Notes under the pieces: model-generated
What the model saw: the letters and a program-made list of their open reading frames with translations, nothing else
The model's database searches: none
Told to the model about the DNA's origin: nothing
DNA from: Felis catus
Taxonomy: Eukaryota
DNA: 64,000 nt
Reading direction: 5' to 3'
Assembly: GCF_018350175.1 (NCBI RefSeq)
Contig: NC_058373.1
Span: 107,386,001 to 107,450,000, forward strand
In this document: in pieces, positions 50,464 to 62,756 of the stretch
How the letters are laid out: each line of letters begins with the position of its first letter
Position numbering within the stretch: the first letter of the stretch is position 1
Program-made: the position numbers and the translations under genes

Positions 50464-51030
50464 GGGCACCAGGGTGACTCAGTTGATTAAGCATCCCACT
50501 CGGTTTCAGCTCAGGTCATGATCTCATGGGTCATGAGTTCTGGCCCCACATTGAGCTCTGTGCTGACAGTACAGAGCCTGCTTGAGATTCTTTCTCTCCC
50601 TTCTCTCTTTGCCCCTACCCCATTCGTGCTCTCTCTCAAAATAAATAAACTTAAAAAAATTTATTTAAATAAAAAAATATTTAAAAAATAAAAACAACAC
50701 TCCCCCACACATATGCTATATTATTTTGTTACCTCTTTTAACTTACTATGTTTTTTACTATCTTTCCATAGTTATCCATAGCATCATTTAAAGTATTCCA
50801 TATCTTGGGGCAACTGGGTGGCCAGTTAAGTGTCTGACTTCAGCTCAGGTCATGAACTCGTGGTTCATGAGTTTGAGCCCTGTGTTGGGCTCTGTGCTGG
50901 CAGCTCAGAGCCTGGAGCCCGCTTTGGATTCTGTGTTTCCCTCTTTCTCTGTTCTTCCCTTGCTTGCACTCTGCCTCTTATTCTCTCTCTCTCTCTCTCT
51001 CTCTCTCAAAAATAAGATTAAAAAAATAAA
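50464..51030 (+). mobile_element. Two CanSINEs (50464-50692, 50807-51030)
   Basis: Two sense heads with (CT)n and A-tails. Confidence 0.9.
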
Positions 51031-51724
51031 ATTATTCCATATTATAATTTATTTAGCAATTCTATATTATTTATATCATTTTTGATTGCTTTCATAATAA
51101 ATAGATCTTTGCTAAATTTTTGTGTTAACTTTCCTATTATTTCATTAGTAAAATCTTTAGATTGAAGGATAGACGTGTTCCTAAGGTCCATTTGAGGCTA
51201 AATGATTTTTCACATCTGGCATGTGAACATTTAATAAATAAAATGACCACCACTTTAAAAGAGACAGAAGAAATATTAAAACAAAAAAGTTTGTTTCAGA
51301 AAACAAGTATTTTACCTTTCATTGGCTCATCTTTTTAATGATGAGAACTAGTTTGACCAGTAGATTTTTCTAAGTTAAAATCATTTATGTCAGTATTTGT
51401 AACCATAATGAAATTTCCAAGAGTAATAGTTGTTTTTTTTTTAACTTGAGAAGATAATACCATTTTACTTTATTGGTATATTACATATATACACAATTTA
51501 TATTGTATAACAATTTGCACAAAAAATTATATTACTAAGCTTCTGCCAGTGTTAAAGAGCTGCTCAAATTCAGTGCCTGTTCTTTTTTTTTTTTTTTAAT
51601 TATATTCCATGCCTTGAAAACAGCAAAACTGTGGTGTACATTATAGTGTGAAAGTACTTTTTTCTATTTAGTGTTATAGTAAGAAAAATTAAGATTGTTT
51701 TTGAGTGTGAGAATAAAACAAAGT

Positions 51725-52189
51725 ACAGCAGCAACACATCTCCCTCCCCCCAGTCCATCATCTTTCCGTGATTTCAGTTACCCGAGGTGAGCCACAGTCT
51801 GCATGCAGATGATCTTCCTTCTGACTTACCATCAGAGGGTCAGTAGTAAGTAGCCTAACGCTGTGGCACAATGCCCGTCACTACCTCACTTTATCTTACC
51901 ACGTAGACATTTTATCTCACATAATCACAAGAAGAAGGGTGAATGGTATAATAAGATACTTTGAGAAAGCGACCGACAGTGACATAACTTTTACTACACA
52001 ACTTTTATTAGTTGTTTATCTCTTAATGTGCCTAATTTATAAATTAAACTTTATCATATGTGTGTGTATATGTAGGAAAAACATAGTATATATAGGGTTG
52101 GGTATTATCTGTGGTTCCAGGCATCTGCTGGCTGACTGTATCCCCCCCGTGGATAAGCAGGGGGGATGGGGAGGGGGTGGGGACTACTG
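51725..52189. mobile_element. MER44-like Tigger (TcMar) non-autonomous element
   Basis: TA-flanked ends cagcagc...ggactactg; internal tttcagttacccgagg, agtagcctaacgct, tgtgcctaatttataaattaaactttatcat. Confidence 0.82.
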
Positions 52190-53567
52190 TATTCATTCAT
52201 CTACTTTTAAAATGAGGAAATAAGAATGCATATTAAATCTCTCTGCTATATTGTAAGGCCATCCTGACAGACACCATCCCCACCCCTGACTTTTCAAAAC
52301 AAAATACTAAATGCATATAGAAAAAAATAATCTGCGAGAGGTTCAACGGATGTGATTACTGAAAGGTGTCTAACACTGTGGATCTTGGATAAAGCAAGCC
52401 AGGGAATGGGGAAGGGAAAGAGTTGACAATGGGGACACAAGTTGAACCAGACAATAGATCAAATAGTCTGTCCTGTTACATCACTTGTTTCTAGAACACC
52501 TGTCTGTAACACAAATTAATCATATGTGAATGGTAAATAGGGGAATTATATTTATAAAATGTAAAAGTCATTTTGGTTCACCCATGATTTTCCCCAGTAG
52601 GTAAATGTGTTATATTACCTAGTAGTAGCAGCTGAACTCAGATATACAGATACATTCCCACAGATGAATGCATGCAGAAGAATGCCACAGAAGAATGAAT
52701 AAAGTACTACTATCATCATGTTCTTCCTTTTGGCTTAGTTTTGCCATGCATTCTCTCTTGGAAGTGCTATTTTTGGAGTTCTCCACAATTTTTGTGCATT
52801 TGCCCTTGTTTTCATGATTTGACAACCTTACCGCTTTCTTACAACTCTTTCCCATCAAATTACATTTATTTCTTCCTTTTTCCTAAAACATATATATACT
52901 GCATTAACCATTTATTTGGAACTTAACCAGCCTTTTAAAATAAACTATGCTAATACTTTTGGGAGGCTTGCTAATGTTTTTGTTAGTGCTTTTGATTATG
53001 AATTTTGCATAGGTTTTGTGTGGACTGCCTCAATCCTGTTTTACGTCTAATTTTAGGTATGCATTTTGGTAGAAATGTGAGGTCTTTCGAGAGCACTTAT
53101 CACAGAAACTCCAGCACAGAGATATAGGCGTTTGGTTCATTGAGTCAGAGTAGGCTTAGTCAGAAGTAATTCAGCACTTGGAAGTGCTCAGTGTAAGAGG
53201 AGATCATTTGATGGGGATGTAGTCTTAATTATGGACTTGAAGCACAGTGCTGTTGATTTGGCCCTCTTCTCCATTTAGAATCCCCTGGCATTTAAAAGGT
53301 CTTCCCCAGTTATGAGATAAACTCATCACCCCTGTTCTATCTACAGAGAGTTGCCAATTTACATATTCAAAAACAGAACCTTACCTTCTGACCTGATGTG
53401 GGACTTTCTGAGATACAATGTCTTTATCAGAGGGTGTCCTTTGCTTGTCTCTGGAAAAGGCACTTACTTAGGCCTAGACATAAAGTCCTAGACATGTACT
53501 CTCTATGATGTTCACTCATTTGGTAAATTTTAGTGTACTGCCACTAAAGACTTAAAGCCATTAAAGA

Positions 53568-53791
53568 GGGGCGCCTGGGTGGCGCAGTCGGTTAAGCGTC
53601 CGACTTCAGCCAGGTCACGATCTCGCGGTTCTTGAGTTCGAGCCCCGCGTCAGGCTCTGGGCTGATGGCTCAGAGCCTGGAGCCTGTTTCCGATTCTGTG
53701 TCTCCCTCTCTCTCTGCCCCTCCCCCGCTCATGCTCTGTCTCTCTCTGTCCCAAAAATAAATAAACGTTGAAAAAAAAATTAAAAAAAAAA
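53568..53791 (+). mobile_element. Young CanSINE (SINEC_Fc-like)
   Basis: CpG-rich; TSD aaagccattaaaga. Confidence 0.96.
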
Positions 53792-53814
53792 GCCATTAAA
53801 GAAAACCCACAACA

Positions 53815-55119
53815 CTTTGTTGAGGTATAATATTCATACTGTAGAATTCACCCATTTTAAGTATATGATTCAGTGAATTTTGGTAAGTTTACCAAGTTAT
53901 GCAGCCATCGCTACAATCAAGTTCTGATTCATGTATGACCAGTGTGGTCTCATAGGGCCCCATACTCAGAAAGGGGCACTTGGAGTATAATGCTCTGTGG
54001 TCATCATCATGAAATTCTTAATAATCTTATCTTTGAATTTGTGTTTTGTAAGTAAAGTCTGAGGGAGCCATAGAGCATACCTTAGTGGGCTTGGAGCCAC
54101 ATGCACTTGCCTCTGCAACATGTACTTGGCCATCTACTTACTCCCTGCCCCTGTTCAGTTCCTGCTGCTACTGCCACCCCTAGCGGGGCTGTGGACACAG
54201 GAAAGTTCAGGACTCGATGTGCCCTGCATGCCTGGGAGGGTCTGCACTCATCCAGTGAGTATCCTCATGCCTGAAGGATATTAAATAGCAAATAAAAAGT
54301 GTTATGACAGGTCTAGAGAGATCACAGAAGAAAGGGGAATTTTTTTCTTTTGAGCATTTTTTAAAAAATTTTTTTTTTCAACATTTATTTATTTTTGGGA
54401 CACAGAGAGACAGAGCATGAACGGGGGAGGGGCAGAGAGAGAGGGAGACACAGAATCGGAAACAGGCTCAGATGGCCATCAGCCCAGAGCCCGATGCGGG
54501 GCTCGAACTCACGGACCGCGAGATCGTGACCTGGCTGAAGTCGGACGCTTAACCGACTGCGCCACCCAGGCGCCCCTTGAGCATTTTTTTTTTTTACTGA
54601 GCCCGACCACAATCCTGTGTTAGAACTTTGCTATCATCCCAAAAAGATTCAGTATGCCAGCTTACAGTTAATCCCCATTTCCCATCCCCAGACATTTTTT
54701 CCCCTTTTTGTCTCTATAGATTTGCCTATTGAGTGAGACATTTCATGTAAATGTAATCATACAATATATGGTCTTTTGTGTCCGACTTCTTTCATGTTTT
54801 TGAGTCCATATTGTAGCATATGTCAGTATTTCATTTCTCTTTGTTGCTGAATAATACTCCATTATATGGATATACTGTATGTTATCTAACTGTTATGTGT
54901 CTTATCCATTCATCAGTTGATGGACTTTCGTTGTTTCCGCATTTTGGGCATTATGAATAATGCTGATACAGACATTCATATGTAAGTCCTTGTATGGACA
55001 TATGTTTTCATTTTCCTTGTTTATGTACCTAGGAATAGGTATAGGAACTGTTGTCCAAAATGGCTATTCTGTTTAGCATTTCCACTAGCATGAGTGTTCC
55101 TTTTTTCCAAATCCTCAGC

Positions 55120-55158
<39 letters not shown>

Positions 55159-56340
55159 GGTAAAGGTAGGGGTCAGGAAGAGGTGGGTGGGCTTCTATTT
55201 AGATTTCAAAAAGATGCAAAATGTTCCAATCCCCAAAATAGAATAAATTTTTGAGAAACTATTGTTCTTTTTCTCTGGTATGTGCATGGTCCAAAGATAG
55301 TATTACCTGTCATTTTGATTGTAATCATTTTAGTGGGTAACAGGTATCCCAATGTATATTTAATCTGCATTTTCCTGTTGACTAATGATGTTGAAAATCT
55401 TTTTTAATGTTTGTTTGTTTATTTATTTATTTTGAGAGAGAGCACAAGCAGGGAAGGGGCTGATAGAGACAGGAAGACAGAGAATCCTAAGCAGGCTCCA
55501 TGCTGCCAATACAGAGCCTGATGCGGGTCTTGAACCCACGAACCGTGAGATCCTGACCTGAGCCAAAATGGAGAGTCAGATGCTTAACCTACTGAGCCAC
55601 CCAGGTGTCCCTGAACATCTTTTTATATCCTTAATAACAATTTAGAGATTCTTTTTTGTTGAGATGTCCATTCATATCTTTTCCCTATTATAAACTTTGG
55701 CCATTTGTCTTACTAAGTTATAAGAGTTATTTATATATTCTGATACCAGTTCTTTGTTAGAATCATAATTTGTCAATTATTTTCTCCCAGAGTGTGGTTT
55801 GTTTTTTCATGTGTTAATGATGTCTTTCGAAACATAAATGTAGTAGGGGTGCCTGGGTAGCTCAGGTGGTTGAGCATCTGACTCCTTTGGCTCAGATCAT
55901 GATCCCAGGTTGTGGGATGGAGCCCCATGTCAGGCTCTCTGCTAAGCTTGGAGTCTTCTTATGATTCTCTCTCTCTCTGCACCTTTCTCCTACTTGTATG
56001 TGCTCACTTGTTCTCTCTTAAAAAAAAAAAGAAATATAAATATAGTTGAATTTTTATCAAGTCCAGCTTACCAGTTTTTTTTATCTCATGGATCATGCTT
56101 TTGGTGTCATATCTAAGACAACTTTGCCCACCTGAAAGCCATGAAGATTTCCTCCAAGGTTTTCCTCTAAAAGCTTTTATAGTTTTAGTCTTTACATTCA
56201 GGTCTCTGATCTATGTCAAATTAATGTTTTTGTAATGGTGTGAGAAACAGGTCCAAGACCATTTGTTTGCACACACACCCAATTGTCCCAATACCATTTA
56301 TTGAAAAAATTATCCTTTCCCTATTGGATTCCCTTTAAAG
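53815..56340 (-). mobile_element. Old L1 (L1MB-like) split by MER45, (TG)n at 55103-55136 and CanSINEs at 55401-55612 (-) and 55846-56030 (+)
   Basis: 3' end ttgaggtataatattcatactgtagaattcaccc at 53815-53917, resuming at about 54620. Confidence 0.85.
53918..54620. mobile_element. MER45B/C-like hAT-Tip100 element containing a young antisense CanSINE (54357-54576)
   Basis: atagggccccatactcagaaaggg...gaaattcttaataatcttatctttgaatttgtgttttgtaagtaaagtc; SINE TSD ttgagcattttt. Confidence 0.75.
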
Positions 56341-56442
56341 CCATGTATTTTCCATACCATCTTCAGTAATTTTTACTGTAAGCAAACGTATATGATTGTT
56401 GAGTCCTGAAATTTTTCTTGACCTAAGGGATATTGTCTTTTC

Positions 56443-56491
56443 TTGTCTTTGAATTCCATTTTTGTCTTTGAATTCCATTTTTGTCTTTGAA
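56443..56491. repeat. 19-bp tandem repeat, about 2.6 copies (ttgtctttgaattccattt)
   Basis: Perfect copies at 56443 and 56462, partial at 56481. Confidence 0.9.
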
Positions 56492-56551
56492 CTTATTTGG
56501 AGTAGTAATAGTGAGTCTTAGAGGTGTATATTAAGTTTGAGGAATGTTGAA

Positions 56552-56767
56552 TTTTTTTAAAAAAATTGTTAATATTTATTTTTGAGGAAAGGAGAGACAG
56601 AATTTGAGTGGGGGGAGAGGCAGAGAGAGGAGACACAGAATCTGAAGCAAGCTCCAGGCTCTGAGCTGTCAGCACAGAGCCAGACGCAGAGCTCGAACTC
56701 ACAAACCATGAGATCATGACCTGAGCTGAAAGTCGGACACTTAACCAAGTGAGCCACCCAGGTGCCC
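56552..56767 (-). mobile_element. CanSINE
   Basis: TSD tgaggaatgtt. Confidence 0.93.
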
Positions 56768-57654
56768 TGAGGAATGTTTAATTTTAAATGTGAAAACTGT
56801 AAGGGAACATTTCACATCTTTGCTGTCAGTTTATAGTCAAATCTTAAAGTAAATATTTATTATTCCTGTACTGGATCCAAGAGGGTCTCTGATTTCTAAG
56901 CCAGAAAACATTTCAACGGGAACCAGCTTCTTTCAACCTCAAACACCTGACCTTCTGATGCCAAAAGGCTTGAATTTTGTTTCAGTCTTCAAAATAAAAT
57001 GTTTGCATTCAGAGGTCAGAAAAATATACTATGCCTTGGTAAAGCAAAACTGGCTCCCTTAATTGCTTTTCCAGATCAAAAATTAGAGGTCATTGAGGCA
57101 GTGTTTAGTTTTGGCTGTTACAAATTCTCTCATCAGTTAATTCCAGAGAGTTTGCTTAAGACATCTTCCTTCAAAATCCTTATTAAAGATTCATCTTCCT
57201 TATCTTTTTCTCATTTTTTTCCTCTAGAGTGTAAGTTCTTCTAAGTCTGGGAATATCTCTTACTCATTTTTGTTTCTTAACCTCATCCCATGGTGCCTTG
57301 AAGGCACACACATTTCTGAAATGACTTTTGTAAAGAATTATTTATTTAATTGCTTTAATATCATACGAGGCACAAATTGGTAGTGTTCTCTTGAAGGTCT
57401 TCAGATCTGTAATCCTAAACACATTTGCAGTATGTTATCTTTAAGGTTTTTAGGCCAATCTTGTCTGCTTCATAAACTATTTTCTATGTTCTGAAATAGT
57501 CCTAATAGCATAAGAATGATCTTGACATAACTTTTCTATAAAATCATCTGAATCATCTTTCCCTGAAATGACTTTTTAGACTGAAGAGGATTTGAGAGCT
57601 ATAACAGAGAGGCATGATCATGCCAAATGCCAAGATTATTCTTCTTTTGGAAGC

Positions 57655-58480
57655 ATATTAAGTATAATTGTGCTGGGTCCTTAAATTGTGAATTCTAGTC
57701 ATCCATGGTTCCTTCCTTAAGAGCTGACATCTGCAGATGGAGACTGTCATGTAAACAAGTATATCATTATATGGGAGAGGGTCAAGGAAGGCTTCATAGA
57801 GATGGTGGCATTTTAGCTCCATTTTAAAGGTTAAATTTGAGTCTGCCAGTAGTGTGCATGCATACACCATTCTATTTGGAGGAGAAGGAGAGAAATTTGA
57901 AAGAGTATAGTGCCTTTGATAGAAATGTAAGTAGTTCAGTCTGACTAGAGCATGGGGTTTGTAACAAAAGTGACAAGAAACTGAGTGGGATTCCAGATCA
58001 TGAAGAGTCTTACTTGCCATATTAAGTATTTTGGAGGATACACATTTCCCCCTTTTTACTTCTGTGTGTCTTAAATCAGGGTTGAAAAACCACTGTTTAT
58101 TTCTGTTCTCTCCATATGGGCTTTGGACCATATGGTTTTTTTAAAAAAAAATATTTTTAAGCAATCTCTACACCTAATATGGGACTTGAACTCAGAACTC
58201 TGAGATCAAGAGTTGCATGCTCTCTTGACTGAGCCAGCCAGGTGCTTCTGGACCACACACTATTAATGATAGGGAGTTGTTGAAGAACTTTTAATAGGTG
58301 ACATATTCAGATTTCTGTTTTAGAAAAATACTTTTGAAGGCAGCAATGTGAATGATGTATTTGAGTAGGCTGAAATAAAAAAGAGCCCAAAACAGGTCTA
58401 AACAGGGAGGATGGAATTAAAAGAATGAATTCAAGAGAGATTTAGGGATAGAATTAATAGGATTTGGCAACTGACTTCAC
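57655..58480 (-). mobile_element. L2 fragment with a short old antisense CanSINE (58136-58247)
   Basis: ggtcaaggaaggcttcatagagatggtggcatttt...agatttctgttttagaaaaatactttt...gatttggcaactga. Confidence 0.75.
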
Positions 58481-59933
58481 GTGAAGAGTAAGGGTTTTGG
58501 CTTGGGTGCCTGCCCAACCCTGTGAAGACTTTCGTAGAGGGAAGGCCTCCTTCAGTGCTTTGCATGGCCTACAGAATATGACACTTGGACACAAGTCTTT
58601 ATGTGTGAGAGCTGCAACAAGCATCAGAATGTTCAGGCAGCTGTTTCAGGCTTTATTTCTCTCTGTTCGCTCTCGTTCCCTGCTGTGTCAAGTGCAGCTG
58701 CCACTTCCTTCTGATTCACCACCGCCACTTGCCACAGCTGCTGGGCTGGACAAAAGTAGGTAGACTGTAAGAACTTCTGGGAAAACAAAGCCCATTGTAG
58801 CATTGGGTGTAATTTCAAATTTTGTATTCATGATACTTCTCCAATTTTTGTCTTAGTGTCCTTTTTTTTTTTTAAAACAATCTGTGTGTATCTTAGGCCT
58901 AAATGTTTTATTAATAACGCTGACACCTTAATGTCTGTGATTTAATCAATGTGGGTGAACACTACTACCAACATTAAAGTTCATATATAGATGTGCCTAT
59001 ATATATATTTATTATGAATATATATAATTTAAAGCATATATTACAGCTGTGGAGTTGCTGTTAGAGTCTGAGAAGAATTGCTTAGTTGTCAAGGTAAAAG
59101 ATTTTTTAAACATTCTGAAAGTCAGTTTTGAAAAACAGTGGTGAATTAATTATGTACTCTCTTAGGTGTACAGCTAACTTTAAATTTATACAGCCATTTA
59201 AATCTTTTGTTCAGTGATTTTGGGAATTAAGCATGCTATTTCTCCATAGGATAGCTTGTACTTAAATATTGCCTATTCTAGAATGTTTAGACTTCTTACT
59301 AATTTTTTTCCAGTCCAAACTTCATACAATGGGGATGTTAGTTTTAAACCACTTGATGTTTAATTATCAACTTTTTTCCCCTTAATATACATCTTTACTT
59401 TTGCTTTGTATAAGCCCCTTGGGCTTTCCTATCTAGAAAGGTAAAACCTCTTTTTTAAATGTTATTTTTTTCTTTTTCTCTTCATCTTATCTTTATTCTG
59501 CAGTTGGTAATCTGTTTCAGGAAAGATCTCTCAAAGACCATCTTTAGGTTTATCATTCTATTTGGCTATGCTTGTTTGTAATCTAAGATACAGTTATGTC
59601 ATTTTTGTAAAATTCACTGTCAGTGGCACAAAATATTTTATTGTATCAGGTTAACGTTCTTCACTTGACCTCTACCCTTATTCTTCTGTTTTCTTAATAT
59701 GGAGAACAATACCATCTTCATTGGGTGACCAGAGCCAGTCCCCATCATGTTCATATGCTGAATGATCTCTTTGAATCATCTGATATATTTCTACATGTAC
59801 AAGTTTGTGTTAGTGTTTAAAAAAATCACAGCTTCATTTGTTTGAAACAAGTTGAACCTCTCAGTATTAGTTACCATCATGTTAATGTTAATGTTCTGGT
59901 GATCAGTAGGTTGATTAATTGCCATTCATTTTT

Positions 59934-60336
59934 TAAACATTTTTTACATTGTAGTTGACTTGCAATGTTACATTAGTTTCAGGTGTATAACAGTGACTTG
60001 ATGATTCTATAGGTTATGTTATGCTCATCACAAGTGTAGCTCCCATCTGTCACTATACAACATTATTACAGTATCATTGACTGTATTATGTATGCTGTGC
60101 CTTGCATCCCTGTGACTTATTCATTCCATAATGGGAAGCCTGTACCTCTAATCCCTTTATCCGTGTTGGCTATCCCCCACTTCCTCTCTGGCAAATCAAT
60201 TTGTTCTCTGTATTTATGGGTCTGTTACTGCCTTTGATTGTTTGTTTTGTTTTTTTAGAGCCCAAGTATTTGTCTTTCTTCCTCTGATTTCACTTAGCAT
60301 AATACCCTCTAGGTCTATCCATGTTGTTTCAAATGG
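59934..60336 (-). mobile_element. 5'-truncated L1 3' end (L1MA9/carnivore-type)
   Basis: Antisense 3'UTR; perfect 17-bp TSD aattgccattcattttt at 59917-59933 and 60337-60353. Confidence 0.9.
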
Positions 60337-61074
60337 AATTGCCATTCATTTTTAATTGTAGTTTTATTTTCCATAACTTATTTGATAGATGATATCAAAT
60401 AGAAAAAAAATGATAGAGAATCTTTTCATTTTATGGACCCAACTGCATTATTCATTTTGCTTCCTGCTTTGTAGCCTTATGAAAGACAGATATTTTCAGA
60501 CTGGCATGATATTGGTTCCAGTTGCACATGGGAAAAATGAAGTTTTCTTACCAAAAGCATGCAGACACTTTCTTTTAGTACTAATACTTTGCCACCCAGT
60601 GACATCAGGAATGTGTTATTACTTAACAGGAAATGACTTCTCTCAAACAAGTTTTATTAAAGTCCTATTACTTTTTTTCTTATGTTACGTGCAGTCTGAA
60701 ATTAGACTGACAAATTAGTTTTGTATTCATTCGTGTTTCTCAAAATGTGTTTCTTTTTTTTTTTTTGCATAAAAAAGTACTTTTCAAGAGAATAATATTT
60801 AGTTTCTCTCTTTCATTGCAAAGCTACAACAACCTTAAATTATGCCATAGTGTTCAGTGTTGGTTCATCATAAACTGGCTTGCATCCCAGAATTGTAATT
60901 CCACTTAGCATAACATTTCATTTCATTTTTAAGAAGAAGTTACCATTTTTAGAAAATTTGAAGGTTTTTTTTTTCACCATAGAGATATGGTTGAATAATG
61001 ATTAATACGCTTCAAGGAGATGCCACAGTAGAGTGTGCAGTTATTTCAGCTATTTGTTTTTTGCTTTTCATTCT

Positions 61075-61299
61075 TCTTTCTTTATTTTTTTAAATTTTAA
61101 TATTTACTTATTTTTGAGAGAGAGAGAGAGAGAGAGCAAGAGAGGGGCAGAGAGAGAGAAACACACACAGAATCCGAAGCAGGCTCCAGGCTCTGAGCTC
61201 TCAGCACAGAGCCCGACGCAGTGCTCAAACCCATGGACCGTGACATCATGACCTAAGCCGAAGTTGAACGTTTAACCTACCGAGCCACCCAGGTGCCCC
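61075..61299 (-). mobile_element. CanSINE
   Basis: Antisense head; TSD ttttcattc. Confidence 0.93.
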
Positions 61300-61375
61300 T
61301 TTTCATTCCTCTTTAAATGCTAGATACATTTTAGTCTATCCCTTTAGAACGTAAATTATAAGGAGTTAACTATTA

Positions 61376-61602
61376 GGGATGCCCGGGTGGCTCAGTTGGT
61401 TAAGTGTCTGACTTCAGCGTCAGTCATGATCTTATGGTCCGTGAGTTTGAGCCCTGTGGTGGGCTCTTGTGCTGACGCCTTGTGCTCGGAGCCTGGCGCC
61501 TGCTTCGGATTCTTTGTCTCCCTCTCTCTCTGCCCCTCCCCCACTCACACTCTGTCTCTCTCTCTCAAAAATAAATAAACATTAAAAAAATTGTTTTAAA
61601 AA
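61376..61602 (+). mobile_element. CanSINE
   Basis: Sense head; TSD gttaactatta. Confidence 0.93.
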
Positions 61603-61944
61603 AGAGGGGTTAACTATTATATGTATATATGATCCTTATATTTAATCTCACGTATTTAGGAATCTTAGTCTGTACTATTGATATTAATTCCTAAGACAGT
61701 TAAGTACATTGTACAGTTGTTTAACTGTGCTCTGGCATTTATCCTGTGCTCTATCATTTATCATTTTAAAAGCCATGTTCAGAGGTCGTGTTCGTTTCTG
61801 AATAGCTAAATATTAGTGATTTTGCATCACAATTTCAAACAGTATGTTGTAGTCTATTTTCTGAAAATTTGATGTCATAAATATAGTAATCTTAAAAATA
61901 AATCTTTGAAGATACATAAATCACTTTGTAAATAGTAAAAAGAT

Positions 61945-62175
61945 ACAGTGTAGAATAGTAGTTGTGAGGAGGGTTTTTGGACTTATATTGCCTGTTTTTA
62001 AATCTTGGCTGTGTTTTTGCTTGATTACAATAAACCTGGTCAAGTTAGTTAATCATTCAGTGTCTTTGTTTCCTCCTTTATAAAATAGATATAATCATAG
62101 CACCTATCTTAAAGGGTTGTTTTGAGGTTGTTTTGGTTAAATAATATATGTAGAGCCCTAGATTACTGACTGGGA
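61945..62175 (+). mobile_element. MIR
   Basis: cctggtcaagttagttaatcattcagtgtctttgtttcctcctttataaaatag...cacctatctt. Confidence 0.7.
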
Positions 62176-62205
62176 GAATATGAAAATTATAATATGGAAA
62201 GTCTA

Positions 62206-62409
62206 GGGGCGCCTGGGTGGCGCAGTCGGTTAAGCGTCCGACTTCAGCCAGGTCACGATCTTGCGGTCCGTGAGTTCGAGCCCCGCGTCAGGCTCTGGGC
62301 TGATGGCTCAGAGCCTGGAGCCTGTTTCCGATTCTGTGTCTCCCTCTCTCTCTGCCCCTCCCCCGTTCATGCTCTGTCTCTCTCTGTCCCAAAAATAAAT
62401 AAACGTTGA
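62206..62409 (+). mobile_element. Young CanSINE (SINEC_Fc-like) with almost no terminal A-run
   Basis: Near-identical to the 53568 copy; TSD gaaagtcta. Confidence 0.96.
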
Positions 62410-62756
62410 AAGTCTATGTTTGGAATCTGTTTGTATTAGGTATACTGTTTTTAGATCTATTGAGTTTTCCTACTTTTCCTTTCTCACCCTTCCTAATTTG
62501 ATCAAATAAGGGTATCAATTCATTGATAAATGGTTGTAAGGCCATTCTTCCTTATAGTTTTGGGGTTAGTTAAGTGTTAGCATTTGCTTTCTAATTATTG
62601 AAATGTATAGTTTATCTTTGAGGAAAACTGCTATGGTTTTGTAATGTTTTGAAATAGACAAAGTAGCAGGTGAGAAGTTTTGTCCCAATGATTTCATTTG
62701 TGCTGTTAACAAAACCCTGGGGGAAATCATAGGTAAGAATTTAAGGAACGTAGAAT

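Noticed and set aside
52619..52858. 79-aa minus-strand Lys/Cys-containing ORF
   Set aside because: No recognisable homology, splice context or domain.
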